Shown in pieces: positions 12,409 to 21,822 of a stretch of 40,936 bases of DNA. How positions within the stretch are numbered: the first letter of the stretch is position 1; each line of letters opens with the position of its first letter. Source of the DNA: a virus (lineage: Duplodnaviria; Caudoviricetes); the IMG/VR virus record IMGVR_UViG_3300032320_002821, positions 1 to 40,936 of that record; one strand, given 5' to 3'. A program made the translations under genes and the position numbers. A model generated the notes under the pieces. It ran no database searches. It saw only the letters and a list, made by a program, of their open reading frames with translations, and was not told where the DNA came from.

Positions 12409-13443
12409 TTATATTTCGTGATTTTCAAATACGTTGTTTATGGTTCGGTTTACCTTGATCAGCGAACCGCGCTCATATAGTTGAGGCAAACTAAAAGCCC
12501 CGACATAAGAGCAAGCCGAGCGCAAGCCACCAAGAATTTCCTGTATCGTGTGTTGTACGGGTCCACGGTATGGTACTTCAACTGTTCTTCCTTCCGATGC
12601 TCTGTAATCGGAAAGTCCGCCATTGTACTTTTCATTTGCAGTTTTGCTGCTCATGCCGTAGTGCAACATTCGGAGCTCTCCATGCTCACCATGTTTGATC
12701 TCACCACCACATTCATCGTGACCCGCAAACACACCGCCTGCCATGACAAAGGCAGCACCGGCCACGAATGCTTTTGCAAAATCTCCAGGATGCACTATTC
12801 CGCCGTCAGCAACGATCCCAATACCTAACGCTTCGGCTGTTTCCACACACTCTAGCACCGCTGAGAGCTGGGGATACCCTACTCCCGCCACTCGCCGGGT
12901 CAGACACATCGACCCCGATCCGATTCCCACCTTTACCATGTCGGCGCCAGCCTCCGACAATGCCACGACCCCCTCGTGGGTAACGACATTCCCTGCAATC
13001 AAAATTGATTTCGGCCATTTCTCTCTCACTTTCTTTGTAAATTTATGAAACTCGGTCATGTAGCCATTTGCCACATCTACACAAACAAAAGTTGGATCCT
13101 TGATTTCCGAACTGTCAACAAACAACTTGCTATCGCTATCCAAACCAAGAGTCAAAGAAACATACTTTTCTTTCTCTGGATGTGCGCTGACAAAATTGGA
13201 ATAGTAATCCCCGCCTTTCTTTAGGCATGTTATGATCTTGAACTCAGATAGAGCAAGTGCCATCTTATGGGTTCCGACCGTTGACATGTTTGCTGCCATT
13301 ACGGGAACGCCGCTCCAATACGAACCACAGTTGAAAGTGGTACCAACCTCAAGGTTTACGTCTTTGCGTGATTTTACGTCACTGAGGTTTGGCTTGATAA
13401 GAACGTCAGAGTAATCAAATTTTGGCTCGTAGTTTTCAATCAT
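12409..13443 (-). CDS. guaC: GMP reductase (start MIENYE)
   Basis: DY.DVLI.P, AANM.TVGT, CVDVANGY, KVGIGSGSMCLTR, YGMSS, YRASEG, GGLRSACSYVGA; no CBS domains. Confidence 0.92.
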   Translation of the reverse strand: MIENYEPKFDYSDVLIKPNLSDVKSRKDVNLEVGTTFNCGSYWSGVPVMAANMSTVGTHKMALALSEFKIITCLKKGGDYYSNFVSAHPEKEKYVSLTLGLDSDSKLFVDSSEIKDPTFVCVDVANGYMTEFHKFTKKVREKWPKSILIAGNVVTHEGVVALSEAGADMVKVGIGSGSMCLTRRVAGVGYPQLSAVLECVETAEALGIGIVADGGIVHPGDFAKAFVAGAAFVMAGGVFAGHDECGGEIKHGEHGELRMLHYGMSSKTANEKYNGGLSDYRASEGRTVEVPYRGPVQHTIQEILGGLRSACSYVGAFSLPQLYERGSLIKVNRTINNVFENHEI

Positions 13444-13482
13444 GGCGGCATATAATAACACATCACCAAAAGCCGTCAAGAT

Positions 13483-13659
13483 TTATTTTGATTCTTCTAT
13501 GCGCTTGATGGCATCACGAAGGGCAAGCATCTTCTGAGCTAGTTCTTTAGCCGTAATCTTGTCCCGAAGATAGTCTTCATATTTCGAAAGTATAATTTTC
13601 GCTTCTCTGAAGAGCAACGCATGAAGATGATCAAGGCGTTTGGGATCATTTTCTGCCAT
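13483..13659 (-). CDS. hypothetical protein (58 aa; not in ORF track)
   Basis: MAENDPKRLDHLHALLFRE...IEESK; ATAAATA late promoter 6 nt upstream. Confidence 0.7.
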   Translation of the reverse strand: MAENDPKRLDHLHALLFREAKIILSKYEDYLRDKITAKELAQKMLALRDAIKRIEESK

Positions 13660-13668
13660 CAGATATAT

Positions 13669-14226
13669 TTATTCAATTGACTGACTGTCGTCTCTAATAA
13701 ATTTAAAAACTTTACTCATGTAAAAAGATTTCCAACTCTGAGAGTTGAGATCCCATACACCAACTCTGTCTCCAGCGAGAGGACGGAAAAAATTAAGTCT
13801 ATCTTCTCTTTGTTTTCCGCTCGGTATTGCAGAACCTTCCAGGGTGCATGTTAATTTGCGCGAAGAACCGTCATTTTTTATAAAAAATACAGTACAAACA
13901 CCCGACAAATTTTCTAAAATTACTTCTTGCGTAGAAATGTGATCTGTTTTAAACGCAGTATCTTTTTTTATTACTGTAACATCCATTATGTAATCTCTTG
14001 TCGGATCAAATACATTTATATCCAAATTTATTCTATTCAAATTTAAAAAATTTTCATAAGATCCATAAGTATTTGTTATAAACTGTCTATAGAGCCTATC
14101 TTTATACTGCAAAGATTCGTATGTTGCTTTTTGCAGATTTGAGCCTGTATACGGCAAAACAGCTTTTGATGCAAACAAATCTGTTTCATTTAATTCTTTT
14201 GAGAGTCTGGAGTTTAGATCTGCCAT
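13669..14226 (-). CDS. protein with C-terminal WYL_2/DUF2693-like domain
   Basis: GVCTVFFIKNDG..RKLTCTL...IP...VWDL....WKSF. Confidence 0.75.
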   Translation of the reverse strand: MADLNSRLSKELNETDLFASKAVLPYTGSNLQKATYESLQYKDRLYRQFITNTYGSYENFLNLNRINLDINVFDPTRDYIMDVTVIKKDTAFKTDHISTQEVILENLSGVCTVFFIKNDGSSRKLTCTLEGSAIPSGKQREDRLNFFRPLAGDRVGVWDLNSQSWKSFYMSKVFKFIRDDSQSIE

Positions 14227-14227
14227 T

Positions 14228-14512
14228 TTATATTTTAATAAAAATATTTTGGTTGTCGCTAGAAATATTTTTTATTTCTATATCTTTGTTTTTAAAAGCC
14301 AGAAGCAGTGCCGTAAAAAACATTGGATGCAGGTGAATATAAATTTCAGCAAAAGGCTCTCTTTGCTTTGATTGTATTTTAGACAATAGATTTTTTAAAA
14401 TTGCTGTATCTAATTTTTTTGTTGGCTGCAAAGAAAAAATTGTTTGGTTGCCTTTTGATGTTTCGGAAATCATATAATTATTTATTTGCATGCCAAAAGC
14501 ACTGTGATACAC
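14228..14512 (-). CDS. hypothetical protein (start uncertain)
   Basis: Open frame abutting the next gene. Confidence 0.6.
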   Translation of the reverse strand: MYHSAFGMQINNYMISETSKGNQTIFSLQPTKKLDTAILKNLLSKIQSKQREPFAEIYIHLHPMFFTALLLAFKNKDIEIKNISSDNQNIFIKI

Positions 14513-14534
14513 TCACAGAAATTTTAATTCTAAC

Positions 14535-14624
14535 AGGTAACTTAAGGTATCTATAGTACCTTTAAAATAAACTATAAAAAAGTATCTTAAGTATCTTTAA
14601 GAACCAATTATCTAAAGGTATCTT
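14535..14624. repeat. cluster of about six a(g/a)gtatctt-like short repeats
   Basis: Copies at 14535, 14545, 14554, 14580, 14589 and 14616. Confidence 0.55.
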
Positions 14625-14814
14625 TATGTGGTTTAAATCCACTTAAAAGATTATCTCTAAGATTTGCAGATGGTTTCATGTTTTGTGGAACATGAGTTGG
14701 AATATAATTTGTATTTTCCTGCATATACTGCAAAGGACTTGGTCTATTGCGATATTTTTGTTGAACTGAGCGGATTGCGTCTTCTAACGACGGGCCTTTT
14801 CTTCTATTAAACAT
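14608..14814 (-). CDS. hypothetical late protein
   Basis: TATAAATA(14820-14827)-5-ATG. Confidence 0.75.
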   Translation of the reverse strand: MFNRRKGPSLEDAIRSVQQKYRNRPSPLQYMQENTNYIPTHVPQNMKPSANLRDNLLSGFKPHKDTFR

Positions 14815-14871
14815 GAAAATATTTATAAAAACTATTCAGACAGCTAGTATAAATACAGGGGAGTTTTTATA

Positions 14872-16986
14872 ATGCCTAAAAAGGTTTGTTGTTGCAATTC
14901 TTGTAGAACTGGTTATCCGACTTCATGCTGCAAAGCACCAGCACGTGTTTGTGAAGATCAAGATGTTTCAATCACTGTTGATTTTTATGTTAAATTTTAT
15001 TGCAGACCAAATGGAGGAACATTGCAATGGAGATGTCAAAACGGCGCTACAGTACCATTAGACATCCAGACAGAAAAATGGCGTTTAAATTTTACTTACA
15101 GAATATCCAGATTTGATACGGTTCCACCACTACCGAGAATAGGAAATGATTTTTTAAACGCACTTAAACTAAATACTCTACAGCCGTTGGTAACTGCCTC
15201 AAGTTCTCAAACTTGGTTTGGTGGTTATGGTTATCTGGGGGGAGTTGTTCGCGGTGACTTGTATGATAGGCCACCCGAACAACAGCCAATCTATTCTCGG
15301 TGCCCAAAATGTGTTGATGAGTGTGATGTAAATAATCAATTAAAAAATTGTCAAAGAATCAGTTACATTGATAATCAGACACAAGAACGAGTCGATGCCT
15401 GCGCTATTTTTGATCCACCGGATGGTGGTTTTGGCGTTCCTGGCGTGTTTCAACTTGTTGAGTGTTCGGATTGTTGTTACTTTGGTAACGCGCCGAATAT
15501 ATATGAAAAATATAATTATGTACCATTAAATACAGAAGAATATCATGCATGTGATTTATGTAATGACGGCACTGTATTGAGTGATAGCATGGAAGGTTCT
15601 TTTAACTATGGTGTTTATCCTGCAACAGTATTTGATGAGCTTACCGGAGTATCATCCAAAGTTACAGATTTTGATCTTTCATTGAGAGATAATTCAACAT
15701 GGAATTTTGAATTTATTCCATTATTTGAAGGACAACAATCAAAATTAGATATTTCTTTGTTGAGTATGCATTGGGGATGCTCAACACAACGTGTTAATCA
15801 AGCTTACAACGTCGAATACCTTGCAACTTTTAATCCATTAACAAATAATTTTTTATTTAATTCCGATACAAGACCAGTTCCATTAAGAAGTTGGTTATCT
15901 TCTCCTTATACATTGACTGGATTAGCAAATCCAGGTTTATCTGGATTTATTGATATAATTGAAGATACTTATATAAAGCCAGAAACAACCGTAGAGGGTA
16001 TTGGTGTTGGTGATAATTTATTTTGTCCATGTGGTTCTTTTGAGTGCACCACAGAAAGTCTGTCACAATGTACAACTGAAGTTGTACCCTCACCAAGACC
16101 AAAAAGATTTATAAACTGTAATTGCGATTGTTTTAGGCCATATTCATGTTATAGTTTATTCCATTTAAATCCATCACCTTTTGATGGATTTAACAATTTA
16201 AATCCAAGCCAATCAGGTAGCAGACCACATCAAATAGATTTTGAAATAGGAATTGGTTACAGAGATACTTTACCATGTGGTGATCAAATTACCATGGATT
16301 TTTGGGAATCTCTTTACCGGTTAGATTTTTTGGCTAACACCCAAACCGAAGTTCCACGAGATTTGACAACTACAGATGGAAAACTTGTAAATAATCCAGA
16401 ATGGTATAATGGTATAGGAACTCCAGATTATGCATTTTATGGCCAGGGTATGAAAATGCATCTAGTATATACCAGAAACTCCATTCCTTATGAATCTTAT
16501 AATTTTGAAAATCATGAGAAGGGAACAAATTGTTTTGCAGCATCTTGGAGGCCAGATCCAAGCCTGCCCGGGGCACCTTTTATTGATATAAATAAACCGT
16601 ATCTAAATTATCCACCGGCACAGCATCCTTCATATTCAGAATACAATGGTGTTGTTTATGAAGGAGAATATGCGCTTTCTAAAGTTTCTGGATGGTATCC
16701 CGTTGTTTCGGGTTACGAAACAAATTATTTGGGTTTTACATCAGGTTCATTCAACCCTTTTAATGCATTTAGCCCAATTACACCACCCGTATCCGTTGAA
16801 GATTTTAACAGATGCTATCCATTTAGATTCCCACAAGGTGGATTGGGACAAACAACTTTTGCAATTTCAAATTTTCCGAGAATTATTGGCGACAACCCAG
16901 CAGCATTTCCCTTTTACATTAATCGTGGTACATTGGCATATAACTATAGTTATGGAGAGCTTACAGCTTTAGTTGAGGAATCTTAA
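14872..16986 (+). CDS. large cysteine-rich late protein
   Basis: 704 aa with about 31 Cys, N-terminus CCCNSC; TATAAATA at 14848 and GGGGAG SD. Confidence 0.85.
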   Translation: MPKKVCCCNSCRTGYPTSCCKAPARVCEDQDVSITVDFYVKFYCRPNGGTLQWRCQNGATVPLDIQTEKWRLNFTYRISRFDTVPPLPRIGNDFLNALKLNTLQPLVTASSSQTWFGGYGYLGGVVRGDLYDRPPEQQPIYSRCPKCVDECDVNNQLKNCQRISYIDNQTQERVDACAIFDPPDGGFGVPGVFQLVECSDCCYFGNAPNIYEKYNYVPLNTEEYHACDLCNDGTVLSDSMEGSFNYGVYPATVFDELTGVSSKVTDFDLSLRDNSTWNFEFIPLFEGQQSKLDISLLSMHWGCSTQRVNQAYNVEYLATFNPLTNNFLFNSDTRPVPLRSWLSSPYTLTGLANPGLSGFIDIIEDTYIKPETTVEGIGVGDNLFCPCGSFECTTESLSQCTTEVVPSPRPKRFINCNCDCFRPYSCYSLFHLNPSPFDGFNNLNPSQSGSRPHQIDFEIGIGYRDTLPCGDQITMDFWESLYRLDFLANTQTEVPRDLTTTDGKLVNNPEWYNGIGTPDYAFYGQGMKMHLVYTRNSIPYESYNFENHEKGTNCFAASWRPDPSLPGAPFIDINKPYLNYPPAQHPSYSEYNGVVYEGEYALSKVSGWYPVVSGYETNYLGFTSGSFNPFNAFSPITPPVSVEDFNRCYPFRFPQGGLGQTTFAISNFPRIIGDNPAAFPFYINRGTLAYNYSYGELTALVEES

Positions 16987-16990
16987 TATT

Positions 16991-17311
16991 ATGAATAGAG
17001 AATTAACTTTTATCTATAATGGTCAAAAAGGCAGAAGAAAATTGGTATGCACTTTAAATGAGGACGATACTCTTACAATTGTAAGAAACAGTTCAATAAG
17101 TGATTTTAAAGTATACCCACAAAATTTAAGCCAACTAAGCGAATCTCCCAGTAAAAAAGGTCTTGGAGAAATAGTTGCTTCTGCTACAAAATTATTTGGT
17201 GCAAAACCTTGCGCACCATGTGACCGTAGAAGAAAATATCTAAATGAAATAACCCCAAACTGGGCAGCAAAACAAATAGAGAAGCTTTACCGTGGCAAAG
17301 AAAAAGATTAA
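16991..17311 (+). CDS. small protein with GLG...KPCxxC.RR..LN motif
   Basis: ATG at 16991; KKGLGEIVASATKLFGAKPCAPCDRRRKYLN. Confidence 0.75.
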   Translation: MNRELTFIYNGQKGRRKLVCTLNEDDTLTIVRNSSISDFKVYPQNLSQLSESPSKKGLGEIVASATKLFGAKPCAPCDRRRKYLNEITPNWAAKQIEKLYRGKEKD

Positions 17312-17501
17312 AAACACAAAAAGAAAACCAAACGAAAATCCTTCGTATTATTTTGTTGGTCACGTTGACTCCGAAGGAAATGTAACTCCTCTGCTTTTTA
17401 CCGATTTAGAATTTAAAAAAGGAAAAGCAAGAGCAGCAAAAAACCCAGAAGACGTTCCATTTGATTATATTGTGTTTACACAAGCGCACAAAGATAAATA
17501 A
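17292..17501 (+). CDS. hypothetical protein
   Basis: Fills the gap in the operon; GTG start. Confidence 0.65.
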   Translation: MAKKKIKNTKRKPNENPSYYFVGHVDSEGNVTPLLFTDLEFKKGKARAAKNPEDVPFDYIVFTQAHKDK

Positions 17502-17507
17502 TTTATA

Positions 17508-17870
17508 ATGACCTGCATTCAAAAAATATTAAATTTTAACAACGAAATTCGTCTTCACCACTGGGGTACCCAATCATATGCCGCACACGTAGCCCTTGGA
17601 AAGGCATACGAAGGCATTGATGCTTTGTTGGATACATTTGCAGAGACTTACATGGGAGTAAAAGGAAAGCAAGAACTTAAGGATTTTCCTGAACTTAAGT
17701 TAAATGGTCCTTTTAAAATTGGAATCAATTCAGTATTGGATTCATTTGAGGATTATTTAAAGAGTGAATTACCAAAAGAAATCAAACCAGATCAAACAGC
17801 ACTGTTAAATATACGTGATGAGATGCTTGGTCTGATTCAACAAACCAAGTATCTCCTAACACTAAGTTAA
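17508..17870 (+). CDS. Dps/ferritin-like phage protein (DUF5856-like)
   Basis: HHW.T.SYA.H.ALG..YE.....LD.F.E.YMG...NIRDEM.....TKYLLTL. Confidence 0.8.
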   Translation: MTCIQKILNFNNEIRLHHWGTQSYAAHVALGKAYEGIDALLDTFAETYMGVKGKQELKDFPELKLNGPFKIGINSVLDSFEDYLKSELPKEIKPDQTALLNIRDEMLGLIQQTKYLLTLS

Positions 17871-17882
17871 GGAGTTACTAAA

Positions 17883-18248
17883 ATGAAAATCCCGGAGCTA
17901 GTTTACGAAATTCGAAACTTGGCTCGCAAAGAAGAAGATCCCGTCAAAAAGGATCTTTTTTATCAATGCGCCAAGTCTATGGAAATTCTTGGAAAAATTG
18001 CAAAGATTGCTGATCTTGCAGTCGCTGAACATAAGGCAGCGGAAAAACCTTCCATAGAAACAGATACCGAAATAAAATGGAATGTCGATGATGTAACTCT
18101 AAAAATGCTCGAAGAGTATATTGATGCACTTGTTCATTATGAATTTATGGAAAAGGATGATCGTTGGCCATATGGAAACGAAGATTTTACCAAATTTATA
18201 TCACAATATCTAAAATCTCAGAGAGTAAACGACTCAAGTATTGAGTAA
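17883..18248 (+). CDS. hypothetical protein
   Basis: TAAGGAG SD. Confidence 0.8.
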   Translation: MKIPELVYEIRNLARKEEDPVKKDLFYQCAKSMEILGKIAKIADLAVAEHKAAEKPSIETDTEIKWNVDDVTLKMLEEYIDALVHYEFMEKDDRWPYGNEDFTKFISQYLKSQRVNDSSIE

Positions 18249-18817
18249 ATTTTTGGTGGAATTGATCTATGACTCAAAACTGCCATATTTGATGGCATAA
18301 TTTTGAGAACATATTTGCTAAAATATGGACTTTTTCTATAAGTTCCGTATTTTCTGGTTTTTTCCATCAAAAAATGCGTGTAAATGTAACAATTTGCCCG
18401 TTTTGCGTAAAGTTTTTTGTCAATTTTAAGATTAAATTCATCAATTAATCTCAGAGCACGCTTTTCACAATCTCTTTCCATCGCTCTAACAAGCAAAAAG
18501 GCTCTTTTAAGAGTCTTTTTGTCATATTCTCTTCCATTAAACCAATTTTCTACGATCAATCCGGCTTTATCGGACTTTGTATAGACTCGGACTTGGTTTA
18601 TATATTGCAAAAAGTGTGCATACTCATGCACCAAAGTTTGCAAAAAATATTGGTTATCCCCGGCAATACGAATTACTTTTTCAATTTCGTTGAAATAACC
18701 TTCGCATCTACCATGCCCGGTATTCACATACTTCCCGCGCCCAATAATCAGGCGCATTCCGTATTCTGCAAGATGTTGTTTCACAAATCTTACAAACTGA
18801 TGGTGGGTCTTCGCCAT
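18218..18817 (-). CDS. zincin-like metallopeptidase domain protein (start MAKTHH)
   Basis: LVHEYAH HExxH plus downstream E; GAGGAG SD; CTAAATA upstream. Confidence 0.7.
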   Translation of the reverse strand: MAKTHHQFVRFVKQHLAEYGMRLIIGRGKYVNTGHGRCEGYFNEIEKVIRIAGDNQYFLQTLVHEYAHFLQYINQVRVYTKSDKAGLIVENWFNGREYDKKTLKRAFLLVRAMERDCEKRALRLIDEFNLKIDKKLYAKRANCYIYTHFLMEKTRKYGTYRKSPYFSKYVLKIMPSNMAVLSHRSIPPKIYSILESFTL

Positions 18818-18913
18818 AGGAGCCTCCTCAGTCAACATTATTTAGGGAATTACTTGACAGTCAAGATTTAGCTGATATAGTTATTACAACTTCTTATAAG
18901 AAAGGAAATTTTT

Positions 18914-19150
18914 ATGGAAATTACTACTGTTGATCGTCCTACTAAGATTCAGCGTGTGTTTGATTATATGCGCTCTGGCAGCACTCTTACCGCCGGTGAG
19001 GCTCGCAAGCGCTTCCGGGTGAGCAATATGCGTGCTACCATGCATGACCTCCGCGAGGCATTTGATCGCTTCGACATGAACTACACCGTAACCCGCGAGG
19101 TTCGAAACGGTCGTTCATACTACCGCGTTGTTCGTAACAGAACTCGCTGA
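18914..19150 (+). CDS. small winged-helix DNA-binding protein
   Basis: G..LT..EA..RF.V.N.RA...DLR...Y.V...Y pattern; TTGACA-16-TATAGT promoter and AAGGA SD. Confidence 0.75.
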   Translation: MEITTVDRPTKIQRVFDYMRSGSTLTAGEARKRFRVSNMRATMHDLREAFDRFDMNYTVTREVRNGRSYYRVVRNRTR

Positions 19151-19167
19151 GTTAGTTTAAAAACAAC

Positions 19168-19205
19168 AAAAAATAACCCCCATAATAAGTGGGGGTTATT
19201 TTTTT
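19168..19205. terminator. bidirectional intrinsic terminator
   Basis: AAAAATAACCCCC...GGGGGTTATTTTT between convergent genes. Confidence 0.85.
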
Positions 19206-20502
19206 ATACTATGGTTATTGCTACTGTAAAATTTGCCTGACCGCTAAAATTTACATAAAGTACTTTTGGACTTGTAGAGGTCTTTTGGTAAATGATCGCA
19301 GCTTGATCAAATCCGGGGCTTCCAATTTTATACAAATTTTGAGTTGTTAAAATATTTTTTTCTGGATCATTATAAACTTCAACGGCAAATTGCTTTAAAG
19401 ATGGATGGCTTAAATCCAATTTAAATCCATAATTTGCTAAAAATGTTATACTACTTGTTGGTTGGAGATTATTGTTTCCTGCTGCATTCGAGTACAAAGT
19501 GTATACATAAGAAACAGATGTTGTCGAATTCGGAAATGTTGGTGTTTGTTGCTCGGTCACGTAAAAATAAACCAAATTATCAAAGTACAAACTTAAATCA
19601 GCAGTTGCTGCATTTATAGAAGCATCTACCAATCTAGAACAATCTAAACATGGTACCCAATAGGATGAATAGCCAGCTGGTTCTTGTTGGCTTCTTAAAA
19701 AAGCTTGCAATCTATTTTGATTTTCAAAACATTCAAGTTCATTTCCTTCAGAATCATATACTACGTAACATCCCAATGTTTTTCTACTAAGATTTAAAAC
19801 ATCTGGGTCTGCATTGCCTCTTAAGTAAAAATCACACAAAGCAGCAGTAGATCCAAGATTTTCAGATACCAACACTGTATCAGTGTATAAAATTTCTTTA
19901 TTGTCTTTTAATTTTAATACTGAATTTACTTTTAATTTTCCTTGGTTTGAAGCGGAATTATATATTTGAATATATTCTTCTTGACCAAAACTACTTCCCA
20001 GGAAACCAGCATTTATAAATGACTTTTCTGGATTTGAAGTAAGATTATTTTGAATAAAATTAACATAAGTTATCCCCGTAAATCCTGTTGTGTATTGCGG
20101 TGGACTAACAAAGTAATCCTTACTATAATAAGAATAGTCTGTTGTATATGTAAAACCAGTAACTATGGACCCAATGATTAATGTTTCATTATTTGCTGTT
20201 TGGTTTTTCAAAAACGAACCACTTATATCTGTTCTTATATTTTTAATTTCATCATAATAATCACCGGATGATAAAGTATAGGTTGTCCCAGCAGGTGAAT
20301 TGGCAAAAAGTTTTTTTACATACGTTAAATCAGATATATTTTTTGTATTTGAATAATCTATAAAACAAGAGTTTCCAACTATTGAAATATTTGGAGAACC
20401 GTATAAAAAGCCTTTGGAAAAACAAGGATCCAGCGTGCTCCCATTTAAAGAAAGCCCATAATTTGAAATACTTTTTACAACATTTAACGTATATGAAAGC
20501 AT
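19204..20502 (-). CDS. putative structural protein
   Basis: 432 aa, S/T/N/Y-rich, co-transcribed from a late promoter. Confidence 0.7.
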   Translation of the reverse strand: MLSYTLNVVKSISNYGLSLNGSTLDPCFSKGFLYGSPNISIVGNSCFIDYSNTKNISDLTYVKKLFANSPAGTTYTLSSGDYYDEIKNIRTDISGSFLKNQTANNETLIIGSIVTGFTYTTDYSYYSKDYFVSPPQYTTGFTGITYVNFIQNNLTSNPEKSFINAGFLGSSFGQEEYIQIYNSASNQGKLKVNSVLKLKDNKEILYTDTVLVSENLGSTAALCDFYLRGNADPDVLNLSRKTLGCYVVYDSEGNELECFENQNRLQAFLRSQQEPAGYSSYWVPCLDCSRLVDASINAATADLSLYFDNLVYFYVTEQQTPTFPNSTTSVSYVYTLYSNAAGNNNLQPTSSITFLANYGFKLDLSHPSLKQFAVEVYNDPEKNILTTQNLYKIGSPGFDQAAIIYQKTSTSPKVLYVNFSGQANFTVAITIV

Positions 20503-20503
20503 T

Positions 20504-21445
20504 TTATGAAGCTAGATACGTAATTACTTGTGTTCCAGTATTAGAAATTGCGTAAATAGTATTTGTATTGATAACGTTTATATCTATGCTTTCACCTGGA
20601 TCCAAGGCATGGCCAAAGGATGATCCAATTAGCCCAGATGTATTGCCAACATAGACGAAGTCTGTGTTAGTTGATAGGGCCTTTACGGTGATTGAAGATG
20701 TTGTTGTGTATCCGGCAGAATCCATTCTAGAGGCAGAAACACTAGCTACAGTCAATCTTCCAGTTTTAAAGGTGGTTGGTCTTCCTACACCCAATACGCT
20801 CAAGTCAGTTCTCAAACCTACTACTTGTCCGTATATTGCAGTCATTCCAGACAAGATGTTTGTATCGTTTATATTGATCGGGTAACCATTAGAAACTCCC
20901 TGAACAGCAAGAGTTGCACCGACTGTGGCATTTATTGCCGCACCAATAACATTTACATTGATTGCATCACCAGAAAATCCTAAAGCGGTACCGGTGCGTG
21001 AAACCAAGGATGAAAAAGTCCAAGTTGAACCGTTTGGACCATAAACAGAAACATTATCGTTTAATCTGTTTAAATATCGGCCACCAGTTACCTCAACATA
21101 GCAGTTTGGCGATGTTTGGACATAAACTGGGGCGGCAGATAAACCTTGTACATTTACAGTACCGGCAACTGTCACTGCTTGTCCTCCAGCGACACCAATT
21201 ATTTGTATTGGGCCGGAGAAACCAGAAACTATAGCGGTTAATCCAGTTGCTACTGTGACCGGAAATGGAGAAGACGGAGTTACGGAAGTAAATGCTCCAG
21301 TAGGACCATATCCAAGCTTATAATATTGAATATAGGTTGTATATCCACCTGCAGCAAGTACGGGGTCTGCACCGATTGCAAATGTTGCACCGCTATTAAT
21401 TACTACGTAATCATTTCCGTAAAATGGGCTGGGAGGTCCTGGCAT
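20504..21445 (-). CDS. putative structural (fibre/decoration-like) protein
   Basis: G/T/S/V-rich; C-terminal VKALSTNTDFVYVG...G..L.PGES beta domain; CTAAATA at 21475 and AAGGA SD. Confidence 0.7.
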   Translation of the reverse strand: MPGPPSPFYGNDYVVINSGATFAIGADPVLAAGGYTTYIQYYKLGYGPTGAFTSVTPSSPFPVTVATGLTAIVSGFSGPIQIIGVAGGQAVTVAGTVNVQGLSAAPVYVQTSPNCYVEVTGGRYLNRLNDNVSVYGPNGSTWTFSSLVSRTGTALGFSGDAINVNVIGAAINATVGATLAVQGVSNGYPININDTNILSGMTAIYGQVVGLRTDLSVLGVGRPTTFKTGRLTVASVSASRMDSAGYTTTSSITVKALSTNTDFVYVGNTSGLIGSSFGHALDPGESIDINVINTNTIYAISNTGTQVITYLAS

Positions 21446-21527
21446 TTTTATCCTTTAAAAAGTTTCTTCAAGAATATTTAGACTCTTTTATTTATTGAAT
21501 TTGTTTATTTATGGGTTAAACTGGAGT

Positions 21528-21758
21528 ATGTACATAGATGAAACAGCAAAAGAAAAATTTTCTAACAAAGTCATAGAAAGAGTAAAAAAAACTCAAATGA
21601 CATTTATGGACTCTGTATTAGAACTTACAGAAGAAATGGGATTGGACCCCACGGCATCGGGCAAACTTCTCACAAAACCAATAATTGAAAAAATTCAACA
21701 GGAAGCCAAAGAATTACACCTACTAAAAGGAAAAATAAAGAAACTTCCGCTTGACTGA
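21528..21758 (+). CDS. gp33: late transcription coactivator gp33
   Basis: FS..VIE.V....FMD.V....EE..LD.....KLL.K.I.EKI..EA..L.LL; upstream of gp32; GGAG SD. Confidence 0.85.
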   Translation: MYIDETAKEKFSNKVIERVKKTQMTFMDSVLELTEEMGLDPTASGKLLTKPIIEKIQQEAKELHLLKGKIKKLPLD

Positions 21759-21822
21759 TCAAAACTGGGATACATATTGGTATAACTCATAGGCCGAGGT
21801 AGTTCCTCGGGGAAAGAAACAT

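Noticed and set aside
12409-13443. IMP dehydrogenase (guaB)
   Set aside because: About 345 aa, no CBS insertion, and DVANGY/YRASEG motifs fit GMP reductase.
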